Positions 38,150-50,779 of a DNA stretch of 64,000 nt are shown in pieces. Each line of letters starts with the position of its first letter. Position 1 is the stretch's first letter. The DNA is taken from assembly GCF_963921235.1 (NCBI RefSeq), contig NC_086108.1, positions 89,344,001 through 89,408,000 of the forward strand, in the 5' to 3' direction. A model generated the notes under the pieces. It worked only from the letters and a program-made list of their open reading frames with translations. It was not told the origin of the DNA and made no database searches. The DNA comes from Mobula hypostoma. Taxonomy: Eukaryota. A program made the translations under genes and the position numbers.

Positions 38150-40350
38150 CCATTCTCAATGGGTCCCTACCAACAAACACATTATTACACTCCCCCTCTG
38201 TCTTCTTTCTGCAGGAACCTCTCCATGATCGGACAAAGTCAGCATGGATTTGTGAAAGGAAAATCATGTCTGACGAATCTCACAGAATTTTTTGAGGATG
38301 TAACTAGTAGAGTGGATAGGGGAGAACCAGTGGATGTGGTATATTTGGATTTTCAAAAGGCTTTTGACAAGGTCCCACACAGGAGATTAGTGTGCAAACT
38401 TAAAGCACACGGTATTGGGGGTAAGGTATTGGTGTGGGTGGAGAATTGGTTAGCAGACAGGAAGCAAAGAGTGGGAATAAACGGGACCTTTTCAGAATGG
38501 CAGGCGGTAACTAGTGGGGTACCGCAAGGCTCAGTGCTGGGACCCCAGTTGTTTACAATATATATTAATGACTTGGATGAGGGAATTAAATGCAGCATCT
38601 CCAAGTTTGCGGATGACACGAAGCTGGGTGGCAGTGTTAGCAGTGAGGAGGATGCTAAGAGGATGCAGGGTGACTTGGATAGGTTGGGTGAGTGGGCAAA
38701 TTCATGGCAGATGCAATTTAATGTGGATAAATGTGAAGTTATCCACTTTGGTGGCAAAAATAGGAAAACAGATTATTATCTGAATGGTGGCTGATTAGGA
38801 AAAGGGGAGGTGCAACGAGACCTGGGTGTCATTATACACCAGTCATTGAAAGTGGGCATGCAGGTACAGCAGGCGGTGAAAAAGGCGAACGGTATGCTGG
38901 CATTTATAGCGAGAGGATTCGAGTACAGGAGCAGGGAGGTACTACTGCAGTTGTACAAGGCCTTGGTGAGACCACACCTGGAGTATTGTGTGCAGTTTTG
39001 GTCCCCTGATCTGAGGAAAGACATCTTTGCCATAGAGGGAGTACAAAGAAGGTTCACCAGATTGATTCCTGGGATGGCAGGTCTTTCATATGAAGAAAGA
39101 CTGGATGAACTGGGCTTGTACTCGTTGGAATTTAGAAGATTGAGGGGGGATCTGATTGAAACGTATAAGATCCTAAAGGGATTGGACAGGCTAGATGCGG
39201 GAAGATTGTTCCTGATGTTGGGGAGGTCCAGAACGAGGGGTCACAGTTTGAGGATAGAGGGGAAGCCTTTTAGGACCGAGATTAGGAAAAACTTCTTCAC
39301 ACAGAGAGTGGTGAATCTGTGGAATTCTCTGCCACAGCAAACTGTTGAGGCCAGTTCATTGGCTATGTTTAAGAGGGAGTTAGATATGGCCCTTGTGGCT
39401 ACAGGGGTCAGGGGGTATGGAGGGAAGGCTGGGGCGGGGTTCTGAGTTGGATGATCAGCCATGATCATAATAAATGGCGGTGCAGGCTCGAAGGGCCGAA
39501 TGGCCTACTCCTGCACCTATTTTCTATGTTTCTATGTTTCTATGATTCCATTGTCCATAATCTCCCTTCTGGAACTTATCCCTGTAAGTGGCAGAAGTGA
39601 TGCATTTCTTTTACAGATGAGTATTCATCTCCTTGCTGCAATCAGGGCCCCAAACAGTCCTTCCAGGTGAGGCAACACTTCACCTGTGAATCTGTTAGGG
39701 TTGTGCACTATATCCGGTGCTCCCAATACAGCCTCCTCTACACTGGTGAGACCCAACATAAGTTGGGGACTGGTTTGTCCAGCACATCCACCCCACCCAC
39801 ATTAAGCAGGATTTCTTGGTGGCCAACTATTTTAATTTCAATCCCCAATCTCATAATCTCCTTTTCCTGCACAATGAGGCCACACTCAGGTTGGAGGAGC
39901 ACCATCTCCTCTTCTGTCTAGGTAGTCTTCAACCTGATGGCATGAAGATCGACTTCTCCAACTGCCAATAATTTTTACCCCCTCCCCCTTCCCTCTTCTT
40001 CAATTCTCCACTCTGGCCTCCACTTGCCTGTCACCTCCCCCGGTGCCCCTCCTCCTTCCCTTTCTCTCATGGTCTATTTTCTTTTCCTATTAGACTTCTT
40101 CTTCTCCATCTCTTTACCTTTTCCACCTACCATCTCCCAGCTTCTCACTTCATTCCTCCTCCCCCACCCACCTGGCTTTGCCTATCACCTTCTAGCTCGT
40201 CTTCCTTCCCCACCCCCGCCTTCTTATTCAAGCATCTTCCCCCTTCCTTTCCAGTCCTGATGAAGGGTCTTAGCCCAAAACATCGACTGTTTGTTCACTT
40301 CTAGATGCTGCCTGACCTGCAGAGTTTTTCCAGTATTTTGTGTGTGTTGT
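38150..40350 (+). mobile_element. Penelope-like element (38150-38223 and 39545-40350) split by a CR1 insertion
   Basis: RQHFTCESVRVVHYIRCSQYSLLYTGET GIY-YIG; pLTR with decayed hammerhead at 40252-40289. Confidence 0.85.
38224..39544 (+). mobile_element. Young 5'-truncated CR1 LINE (RT nearly intact, one in-frame stop)
   Basis: MIGQSQHGFVKGKSCLTNL...YLDFQKAFDKVPH...[10 protein letters not shown]...KFADDTK and a following ORF to the 3' end; (ttctatgt)n tail; atgat at both junctions. Confidence 0.96.
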
Positions 40351-41408
40351 TAGTGATAAATTTTATTCTTCTCTTTATTAAACAGTGCTTTAGGGTTAAG
40401 GATGATTTGCTTTCATTGTTGTTCTATGGTTTCTGAAGGGATTACTGAGACTAATATGTGAACTGGGAAATCTGCCGCAGCTGGAATAGAGGGATCTTGG
40501 TGGAGAAATGTGAATGTGTTTTTTGGTTTATCACACACTATCTTCCACTGTATGTGCTTGATTCTGGAGAGAGTGTTTCATCACCTGTTGAGGGATCATA
40601 GGCTATGGATGCCAATGTACCAGTGAAGATGCTATACTTTTTTCAAAGAGGCCTCAAAATATTTTCTTAATCTTCCTGGAAAAGTTTTCCTTGTTAGATC
40701 TTGGAGTAGGGCTCATGCATTGGGACTTAGATGTTGGTCATGCATATGGTGCAGCTCACCTGTTGGAGATATCTGAACATATTCAAAGTCCCAGTGCTGG
40801 AGGTTCCATATCTTCTGCACCTCTGATACTAGAATTGTTATGGACAAGCAACTTGAGACTCAGCCAAGGACTTCTCAGATTTCCAGTAGAATCCTCGTTG
40901 GTTTCTTGAGGTAAGTGCACTGAAGATAGACTGAGCTGAGGGGCATAGAGCATTAATTTATAACACAGAGGTGTCATTAAGACTAGTTCATTCTCGATGG
41001 TGAAATCAATCCCATGAAGACAAAGTATTTATTCAGGTTAGCCTTGCAGAAGCAAAAGCACTTAGATATCTTATACCTAGTAAGACAATTGCTTTTATAA
41101 ATTCGATGTAAACCAATTTACATAGAATAAAGCTTTCAAAGTAGTTAAAGATCATCTTACAAAAAACTTTTCCTCTGCTACAATCACAAGAGTAATTTTG
41201 ACCTTTTTATCTTTAAATGTTTTCTCTATGCCCAGACTAAGTCACATTTTCCAGTTTTGAAAGTTCAGTTATTTCTTTGGTCAACCTTTCTACTTCTTTC
41301 GTTGGATTGTATTTCAGAGGCTGTACTGGAAATTTAGTTTAATTGTGAGATTAAGCTCAGCATGTAGCCCTATTATTATAAATTCCTTGTGTGTGGGATA
41401 CCCTAGAT

Positions 41409-41600
41409 CAAGGGTGGCCAACCTTTTACATTCCATGCGTCAATTTTCTCACGCATGAGCTCAGATGCGATTTTTTTCATGCACGAGTTCTATATTAACA
41501 TATTTTTACAAGAATTGTCGGGGCACAAGAGTTGTATGGTGCCTCTGAACTCATGCATGAAAAAATTGACGCATGGAATGTAAGAGGTTGGCCACCCCTG
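41409..41600. mobile_element. hAT (Charlie-type) MITE
   Basis: ~57-bp TIRs caagggtggccaacc...ggttggccacccctg; 8-bp flanks ccctagat/gtctagat fit the NTCTAGAN target consensus. Confidence 0.88.
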
Positions 41601-41744
41601 GTCTAGATGGATTGCAGAATTTGACCGCAAGCTTAAAGTCTATTGCAAGTTGTACCTTTGATGCAAACTGATGGCATTAGAGCTCCATAAAATTGGTTTT
41701 CTATCTTTAGCAGATACGTCAAGATGGATTCAATTAACATGGCT

Positions 41745-42076
41745 CAATAGTTCAATAGTTCTATTTAATATCAGAGAAATGTATACAATATACCTCCTGA
41801 AATTCTTTTTCCTCGCAAACATCCATGAAAACAGAAGAGTGCCCCAAAGAATGAGTGATAGTAAAAACATTAGACCCCAGAGCCCCCCTACTGACACCTC
41901 CCATGCACAAGCAGCAGTAAGGTACGACCCTCCCCCACCCCCAACAACTTCCATGAAAGTGCATCAACACCCTCCACCCAACAAGAAAGCAACAGCAAAG
42001 CCCCTAGAAAAGACCATGATCTGCAGTACAATAAAAAATAATCATTCACCCGACAATTTGACATGCCACAGGCGCG

Positions 42077-42136
<60 letters not shown>

Positions 42137-42675
42137 GATAAAGAGAAAATGAGGTGTCTGCTTTCACAGCAAGAGACATAACAAAACAACTCGCTGCTTA
42201 TGGTGTTAAAAATCTGTTTCACCACTTTATTTCCAAGTCCTGTGATCCGAGTATCGAAAACAATCTCATGCCCACTAACGTGGGAGAGAGAGAGAGCACA
42301 ACTCACCAAGTACACAGCCTCCAGCAGCTGATTCGCCATTCCAGATGTTCCGTTCTCTCCCGTGACACTTCAGTTGGCAGTACTGACTTAGAATCAGCCC
42401 GTCCACAGGGCTGCAAAACCTCAGAACCCTGAAGACACGCTCATCTTAAAGGCTGTGTCTTTGGGATATCGAAAAGCAGCCGGATGTGAACCCCCAGGAG
42501 TGGATCCCATCACCGCAAAGATCTGAAGTTTGAGTGTAACTCCAGGTCAGGGTCTTCAACAGAACCCCATCCACCCTGAAACGGGAAAGGACAGACATCA
42601 AAGGTAGAAATTAAGCTGTTTTTGTAGATAAGCCAGAAGAAGTTGCAATTTAGCGCCAATTTGACATCGCCTCCG
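41745..42675 (-). mobile_element. Non-autonomous LINE derivative containing a (CT)n microsatellite
   Basis: Minus strand starts near tcaaattggcgct (a caagatggcg-like 5' end) and ends taaatagaactattgaactattga; no coding capacity. Confidence 0.55.
42081..42133. repeat. (CT)n microsatellite
   Basis: About 26 CT units, preceded by (CG)n. Confidence 0.97.
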
Positions 42676-45600
42676 CCTATGTGCTTCCCTATTAGTCAAT
42701 GATCACAGATGCTGATAAACCAGACTGACATGAAAATAGAAGCAGAAAGTATTAGACATATTCACTATGCCAGTCAGCATCTATGAAGTGAGAAACAAAT
42801 TTAACATATTAATTCGATGATCTTTCAACAGAAGATGAAAATAAATAAATTACAGTAAATGAAATTTAATGATACATATTTTCAAAATGTTTAGTCTAAT
42901 TTATAGATTGGTATTTAAAATTATTACTTGAACAGTAATAACATAGTTGTAGTAACCATACTGTACATCCAACTTACCTACGTAATCCTGATCTTCCATC
43001 CAACCATTTGAAAATCTTATTGTTTGAGCTGATTTATGTGCCATCTTTATCATAACAGCACCCCAGTTACCATGCTCCTGCACTTCCTTGAAACTCATCC
43101 TGTTTTTATCCCCACTCTTTCTTGAAACTCAAATGGTGCTCTTTCCCATGTTCCCTTAAAATTTCACAGGGACTTGATTCCTGCACTTCCCATAATTTTT
43201 ATTATCCCACATTGCTATACATAAAAATGAATGAATTAGAAGTATGCTTAACATCCAATAGTCCAGAACATTTGCTAGTCCTGTCAGGACATTTAGAGGA
43301 GGCTTGACCCAAAGGCAGAGCAGTAGGAACAATGTAGCAGTAAGCGATAACTTTAATAATAAACAGCAAGATAATAAGCCATGAAGGGCCATGAAACAAG
43401 AGAGGACTAAACACCACAGCAAGCAAGATGACTGAAGGCTAGGAGTGGCTGGTTGGTGTGATGAGTGAATGAGAGCTGTAGATGAAAGCTGGGTTTAAAT
43501 AGGCTGCAAGTAATGAGTTGGAAACGGGTGGCAGGTGATTCCTGTTAGTTGGATGGATACTGGGGGGTGCCTACCTTTGCAAGCTTGATCAGTCCAGCAA
43601 TATCAGTCTTCAGTGTGCCGAATTAATAGAATTCTACAGATTTTTTCTCAAAATTCTTGTCTTCTTTCTTTCTCCCCTACTAACCTATATCCAACTCTTA
43701 TTTTACTCCATTCTATTGCCACCTCCCAATGCCTAAAATTTAAAAAGCTCACTATTGGATTCAGATAACTTCATTTCTTAAGCCCCCTTGTCCACCCTCA
43801 TCCTCATCTCAGCAATATTCCCTGAACTAACAACATTCTCCGAATGAAAAGATCAAAGATTACTGTGTCTTCTTCAGGATTCATCAGAATTAGCCAGGGA
43901 CATTGTGGCAACAAATAAGTGCTCAGGTCCTACTCCTTTGTACAACACTTGGAAGTATTTCCCACACATTAATGCATCACACATTCCAACTACAACAACC
44001 ATGTTTTACAGTCTGGATCTGAAATTAATGCAGAAGTCTAATATCAGAATAAATTTTCTTAAAAACACATTTATCTCGACATCCATGCATCTTCTGCACG
44101 AAACACTGTGCCATTAAGGTTGTTATTATTGCTTTTATTTTAGGTGAGTGTAAGATATGCAAGAGTCAAAGTATTTCATCTCAGTTGAGAGTCATAAATA
44201 TTTACTCCAAGTAGAAAATGTATGGAATTATTTTGCGTTATTCATTTTCAAATACAGGAACCACCAGAATAGTAGGTATGTACGTGTATAGCCGGTTGCT
44301 GATTATTCTTGGAAAAAGCTGACCCTTGACCTGTCGCTGCTTTTGAGTTGAAGGTACTCTCACAATGTAAGAGGAAGCTTCCAATACTGACTGGTAGAAT
44401 TTTATGCATTCTCCCTGTAAACATGCTGGCTTCCTCAGCTCCTCAGATTTCCTCTCACATCCCAAAGATGTAGGTTTTTAGTTCATTTACTGTTAGCTAA
44501 ATTTATTAGGTTAAATTTTTTCCACTCCCATCTGGGAGGAGGCTGCAAAATATCCACGCCAGGACCACCAGGCTCAAAACCAGTTATTTTTCCCAAGTAG
44601 TAAGGTTGATTAACACCTCCACTCACTATCCCATCCCTCCACATCCCCAACACCACTATTTTATCATTTCCTATCAGAGTCACCTTATGTACAGACACTC
44701 CTGTGCCTAACATCACTTTATGGACATCAATCAACCTATGTATGTAAGTTATGTTATATATTTATAAGATTTTTTTTAGTTATTGTGTTTTTTGTCTTAT
44801 TGTGTTTCTTTAGTGCTGCATCAGATCTGGAGTAACAATTATTACTTCATCTTTACACTTGTATACTGGACATGACATTAAACTATCTGGAATCTTGAAT
44901 CTTCAATGTTAAAACTAAATTCCTTCTAGTGTATAAACCCACACTCAATGTTTTAAGAATAACTTCTTACGCTCTGCCATCAGATTTCAGAACAATCCAT
45001 GAACCCATGAACACTACCTCATTATATGTCTTTTGCACTATTTATTTATTTTTCTAACTTACAATTTTTTTTGTCTTGCACTGTCTTGATGCTGCAAAAC
45101 AACAAATTTCGCAACATATGTCAGTGTTAAGAAAAATAATCAGATTCTGATAGGCAAATAGTAGAGTTAGTGGGATGTAGAAAGAATAAAATAGGACAAG
45201 TTTTAAATTTATATGAATGGGTGCTTACTGGTTAGCATGAGTCAGTGGGCTGAAGAGCTTGTGTCAATTCCGTTTGACTCTGTCACTCTGATTCATCTCT
45301 ACATGATTGTGATCTGAAGTAATAATGCATGTTTTCTCAGTCAATGACTATAAAAACTGATCCTTAAAAATATAGTCCATGGTAAAAGTAGCTTCATGTG
45401 ACAGGCTTGCTCGACCATACCAGCAGTAAGATAATAATTAACCACATACTTGTGTATTAGTTGTCACATTTAGACCAAATAAACCTGGTAAATTCTCTTA
45501 ATCAGGGTTTTTAGTTGAACCAGATGCATTATTTACAGTAATCCAGCAACATCATTAGCAGCTTTACAGATTCAAGCCATTTGAAAAATGGCCTGTTACT

Positions 45601-45824
45601 TAACTAGCAGAATTTAAATTCATATTCCCAAATATTATTATAGCATTCAAATTCATGGCTCTAGATTTTTAATGTGTGACTCTAGAATAGTAATTCGATA
45701 GTGTTAACACTTTGACATTGTTCCTCCTAACATTAGCACAGATTCCTTCTTTTCAATCCTCTATTTCTTCTGTCTGTCACATCCCAGCTTCTTTCTTCAA
45801 CCCTCTCCCCACCAACCCATGAGG

Positions 45825-46472
45825 GAGGAGAAGATGGCAGTACGACGCAGCGCGTGCGGCCGTTCCGAATGATATCGATATGTGTAACTAGGGGCCGTGC
45901 ATCAATCCGGATTTGATGGGGACAGCCGTGAAAGCGCAGAGGAACATCTGGAGCAACTTCTGAAATGCCTGCTTCGCTGCCACTGCTACTGTACGATTGA
46001 GAATCTTCGGAGACGAAGGCCCCAAATTCTCAGCTTTGCGTATCGCCTGTTGCCGGGGCCAGGGTCGAAATACTCGGCAGAGATGGTGCTCGGTGCCTCG
46101 GTGTCGGGAGGTGGTCAGAGGCTCGGAGTTTTTCAGACAGACTTGGAGTCGGACTGTGGTCGGGTACTTCCGGGATGCTGCGTCGGCAAGTTGGCGACAC
46201 TGGAGGTTTACCGTCTGCGTGAGATGATGGGACTTTGAGAGACTCTGAGACTTTTACTGTGCGATGGTCCATTCTTATCAAGTTACGGTATTACTTTGCA
46301 CTATTGTAACTGTATGTTATAATTATGTGGTTTTTGTTAGTTTTTAAGTCGGTTTGTCATGTGTTTTCGTGATATCATTCTGGAAAAACATTTTTATCAT
46401 TTCTTAATGCATGTATTACTAAATGACAATAAAAGGGGACTGCGTGTCCTCATAATCATAATCATAACAATC
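45825..46472 (+). mobile_element. CpG-rich non-autonomous retroelement inserted into a Penelope pLTR
   Basis: Starts gagaagatggcag and ends aataaa...(cataat)n. Flanks 45740-45815 and 46475-46660 join into one pLTR. Confidence 0.7.
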
Positions 46473-46864
46473 ATACCTTCCCCCACATTTGGCCTCACCT
46501 ATCACCTTCCATCTTGGATTCCTTCCCCATCCACCTCCTCCTACTTATTCTAGATTCTTTCCTCTTCCTTTCCAGTTCCGATGAAGGGTCTCTGCCCAAA
46601 GCATCAGCTCTTTATTCCTCTCCACTGACCGATCTGCTGAGTTCCTCCAGCGTTTTGTGTGATCCTCCCTAACTTGCCCTTATTCTGCATCCAGTTGTAA
46701 TGTTGCTCATTATAAGCTTTCTCTTCCAGGTGAAGTCATCTCTCTGCTCAGCATCCAGTTCTGACACTCTATGCACTCGTACTTTCTGGTCTTCTCTCAC
46801 TTGTTACTGCACGCACCCCTGGTACCTCAGTATTCCCACCCACACGGAGTTACAGTGAGCAGTA

Positions 46865-47280
46865 TACTTTTACACTTTATACTTTATATTTCATACTTTA
46901 TTGTTGCCAAACAGTTGATACTAGAATATACAATCATCACAGCGATATTTGATTCTGCGCTACCCGCTCCCTGGATTACAAATCAATAGTAAATATTAAA
47001 AATTTAAATTATAAATCATAAATAGAAAATAGAAAAATGGAAAGTAAGGTAGTGCAAAAAGACCGAGAGGAAGGTCCGCATATTTGGAGGGTACGGCCCA
47101 GATCCGGGTCAGGATCCGATCAGCAGACTTATCACAGTTGGAAAGAAGCTGTTCTTAAATCTGGCCGTACGAGCCTTCAAGCTCTCGAGCCTTCTCCCAG
47201 AGGGAAGAGGGACAAAAATTCTGTTGGCTGGGTGGGTTGTGTCCTTGATTATCCTGGCAGCACCGCTCCGACAGCGTGCA
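46865..47280 (-). mobile_element. LINE 3' end (Rex1/L2-like)
   Basis: Minus strand encodes an LSERCCQDNQGHNPPS...PSGRRL-type region; duplicate of the 24815-25000 tail. Confidence 0.7.
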
Positions 47281-47639
47281 AACTGTTATTACGAGAGTAG
47301 TGTAAAAATGTAAAATGCTATGGACGACCTGAATTGTTACCTTTGAATTCCAAGTAATCAGTGTGACCAGAGTGTGATAACTTCTCTGCTTAAAAGCAGA
47401 ATCCACAAATAAAAGTAGAGTCCAGAAGCAAAAGGTCTATGGTCAAAGGCAGACCGCTAAAGTAGCAATTCTAGGTAAAGTCTACTGGGTATTTGGTAAA
47501 CCCTCCAAAGGAAACAGATCAAGTTCTAAGTACACTTCCAGAAGTAAACCATCTCTGATCAAAATAAAGTTGTGAAAGTATAAAAGATCTAGGTTAAGCT
47601 TGTCATTTGTCCTCAGTACAGCCTCCCAACACCATGTTG

Positions 47640-48915
47640 CCTCTCCATTTTGAATCAATGCAACTTAGTGCTCACTGACGATGCCATAGCTTCTACCTTC
47701 CACTCTGTCCTGTCCCATCTGGAAAATGGTGCCTCATAAACCACACTGCCATTTATCAGCTTCAGCTCAGTGTTTAGTATAATTATTCCTCAGAAGCTGG
47801 TGAGAAAATTGTCCTCGTTGGGTCTCAATGCTTCTCTCTGTAACTTGATCTTGGATTTCTTGACCAAATGACTAAACAGTTCGTGTTGGCAGCAACATCT
47901 CTAGCTCCATCACGCTGAGCACTGGTGCCCCCCAGGGCTGTGTGCTCAGCCCACTGTTGACACTTGACTGCTATTTCCAGTGCAAACTGAAACATCAAGT
48001 TTGCTGCTGACACAGCAGTGGTTGGTCTCATCAGCTACAACAGAAAGATGACATATATAGAGGATGTAATGCAGCTGATATAATGGTGCAAGACAACAAC
48101 TTGAGTCTCAGTGTAACCAAGACTAAAGAGATGATTGTGGACTTTCGGAAGGTGCAGGCTGACCTTTCCATTCTGCACATAAGTGGCTCCTCCATAGAGA
48201 GAGTGCAAAGTCTCTGGGAGTGCACGTAACAGATGATCTCTCCTCTTTAGCCAAGAAAGCGCAGCATCGTCTCTACTTCCTGAAGAAATTGAGGCAGTGA
48301 GCGAGGCTCCATTCCCTCATTCTAACCAATTTTTACAGAAGCACCTTTGAGAATGTCCTGACCAGCTGCATCGCCATCTTTACAGGTATCTGACTGCAAG
48401 GACTGCTAAAAGGATCATCCAAAATAGTTATCATGAACAGAGCTCCTAGCATTGTCATCGATCCTTCCCATCCATCCAACGATCTCTTTGACCCCCTACC
48501 ATCAGGCAGGAAGTACAATAGCAATAAGACAAGGACTGTTAGGATGGGAAACAGTTTCTTCCCCAACCCAAGAGATTACTGAACTCCCTGCCACCACCCA
48601 GGTCCCATCAAGTGTGAAGTGCCAGTTGTGTTTTTTTTTACTTTTTAACTTGTGTTGTAAATGCACCTTATGTTAAATGTCAATTTAACATGTGTTGTCA
48701 ATTTAACTTGTATTGTAAATGCACTTTACGTTAAATGTCAATCTTCTGGAATATATTTTATTATTTGTGAATTCATTTGTGGTAATATTACTTTATGAGT
48801 TGTGTGTGAATTATATGTTCTGTATTTTGCATCCTGGTCTATGGAACATTGTTTCGTTTGGCAGTATACCGTACATGCATTTGGTTAAATGACAATAAAC
48901 TTGAACTTAAACTTG
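47640..48915 (+). mobile_element. Degraded Rex1/Babar-like LINE RT to 3' end
   Basis: TGAPQGCVLSPLL, KFAADTAVVGLI, KTKEMIVDFRK and LPSGRKY motifs; aataaacttgaactt tail. Confidence 0.85.
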
Positions 48916-49479
48916 ACATCTGGAAATTCCAAACACCCCTGGTTTAATTTCTCCTTCCCACTGAAGTCTAAGAAAGCAAAATCCCTCAGAAGGAAGCAGT
49001 TGCTATGAAAGGTATGTCCTCAGACAGCTTTCGTTATTCTAAAATTTAAAGATTCCATAGCTCATGTGAATCATCATTCTTGAGCTCTCTTGAGACTTAA
49101 AATAATTTGCTATATGTAGGATTATTAACTGATCTAACACACGTCACTACATTATTTTAGGATTTTATACTATATTAACAATTAATCGGACCGTATAAAT
49201 TGTCTTTTGTTACTGAAATAGTACTTTTTTCTATAAACAGCCAGAGGTGTGCAATATTTTCTTTCTTTTTTGTTCAGTTTAATTATCCTCATGTTTCAGT
49301 ACTGCGTCTAATCTCTGCATTATTTATAAAGAGAAGCTTTGTAATATTAGTTGGCAGCTTGAAAGGACAAGGTATAATTTATTTATTATAATGTATTTTC
49401 CACATTTATTAAATGCACATTTGTAAAGGTGATTTTCTTTTCAGAGTCAAACTATGATTTATTGAGTCTTCAGGTTTGT

Positions 49480-50700
49480 CACAACTCCGCCATGCATGGT
49501 CCCAAGCCCAGCTGTGAAAGAAGGAGGGTTGGGCATGGGGCTAACAACCCCATCCCATAAAAAAAACACAAAGCTACAGAAATGCCAACAGAAGTGTTGA
49601 AGATATCACCGTTGGAGAGGAAGGACACCACTGTCATAGGCCCAATTAAAAGACAGTGATAAATCGACATTTAGGAGGGAGCTTGAAAATCTGGCCAAAT
49701 GATGCCCCAACAACAACCTCTTACTCAATGTCAGCAAGAGCAAAGAGCTAATTATTGACTTCAGAAGAACAAAACTAGAGGGCCATGAACCAGTCCGCAT
49801 TGGAGGATCAGAGATGGAGAGGGTCAGCAACTTTAAATTCCTTGGTGTTATTATTTAAGAAGACCTGCCCTGGGCCCAGCACTTAAATGCAATTATGAAG
49901 AAACCACTGCAGCGCCTCTATTTCCTTACAAGTTTGTGAAGATTCAGCATGACATCTAAAAACATTGACAAGCTTCTGTAGATGTGTTGTGGAGAGTATG
50001 TTGACTGGATGTATCACGGCTTTGTTTGGAAGCACCAATGTCCTTGACCAAAAATTGTTCAAAAAAGTAGTTGATGTGGCCCAGTCCATCACTGGTAAAG
50101 CCCTTCCCTTCACTGAGCTCATTTACACAGAACATTGTCACAGGAGAGCAGCACCCATCATCAGGGACCACCAGCGCCCAGGTCATGCTCTCTTCTTGTT
50201 GTTGCCATCAGGAAGAAGGTACAGGAGCCTCAGGACTCACATCATCAAATTCAGGAACAGTTACTAGGCTCTTGAACCTGATGGGATAATTTCACTCCAC
50301 AACCTATGGAATCACTTTCAGTGACTCTTCATCTCATGTTCTCGTTATTTATTGCTTATTTATTTATTATTAGTATTAGTTCTTCTTTTTGTTTCTTTTT
50401 GTATTTGCATAGTTTGTTGTCTTTTGCACACTGGTTATCTGCCTGTTGATGCGCCCTTTCATTGATTCTATTACAGTTATTGGTTTTACTGAGTATGCAT
50501 GCAATAAAATGAATCTCAGGGTTGTATACAGTAATATATATGTACTTTTATCGTAAATCTAATTTGAATTTTGTACTTTGAACCTAGTAGACAAAAGATG
50601 GGCTACACCTGGGGCAACTTGAAAGACTTGCCCAAGACAGATGAATCTCATAAGCTGTTTCCTGCGGCCAATGCCCCAGTAGGTGTGATGGACTGAAGAA
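49480..50700 (+). mobile_element. Bipartite RTE-derived element (49480-49610 and 50590-50700) with a nested Rex1-like LINE 3' end (49610-50585)
   Basis: ggtcccaagccc...ggagggttgggcatggggctaacaacccc RTE-type 5' block and MGYTWGQL..LAQDR-type 3' end; inner ORF SFCRCVVESMLTGCITALFG...LLPSGRRYRSLRT. Confidence 0.7.
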
Positions 50701-50779
50701 GAATACTTTTTTCACAGATAGGTCTAAATAGCACTAATTCATTCAAACATTGACATGATAGTCTCATACTTTATTGTAG

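Noticed and set aside
43300..43600. Possible minus-strand solo LTR fragment (tatttaaa, ttattattaaa)
   Set aside because: No clear TG...CA ends or TSD could be identified
40252..46610. Further hammerhead-like motifs (40252, 46573; also 8118, 26450, 26877, 30690, 54885)
   Set aside because: Core residues (CUGA, GAAA or the GUC/ACGU palindrome) are mutated, so they are treated as inactive relics
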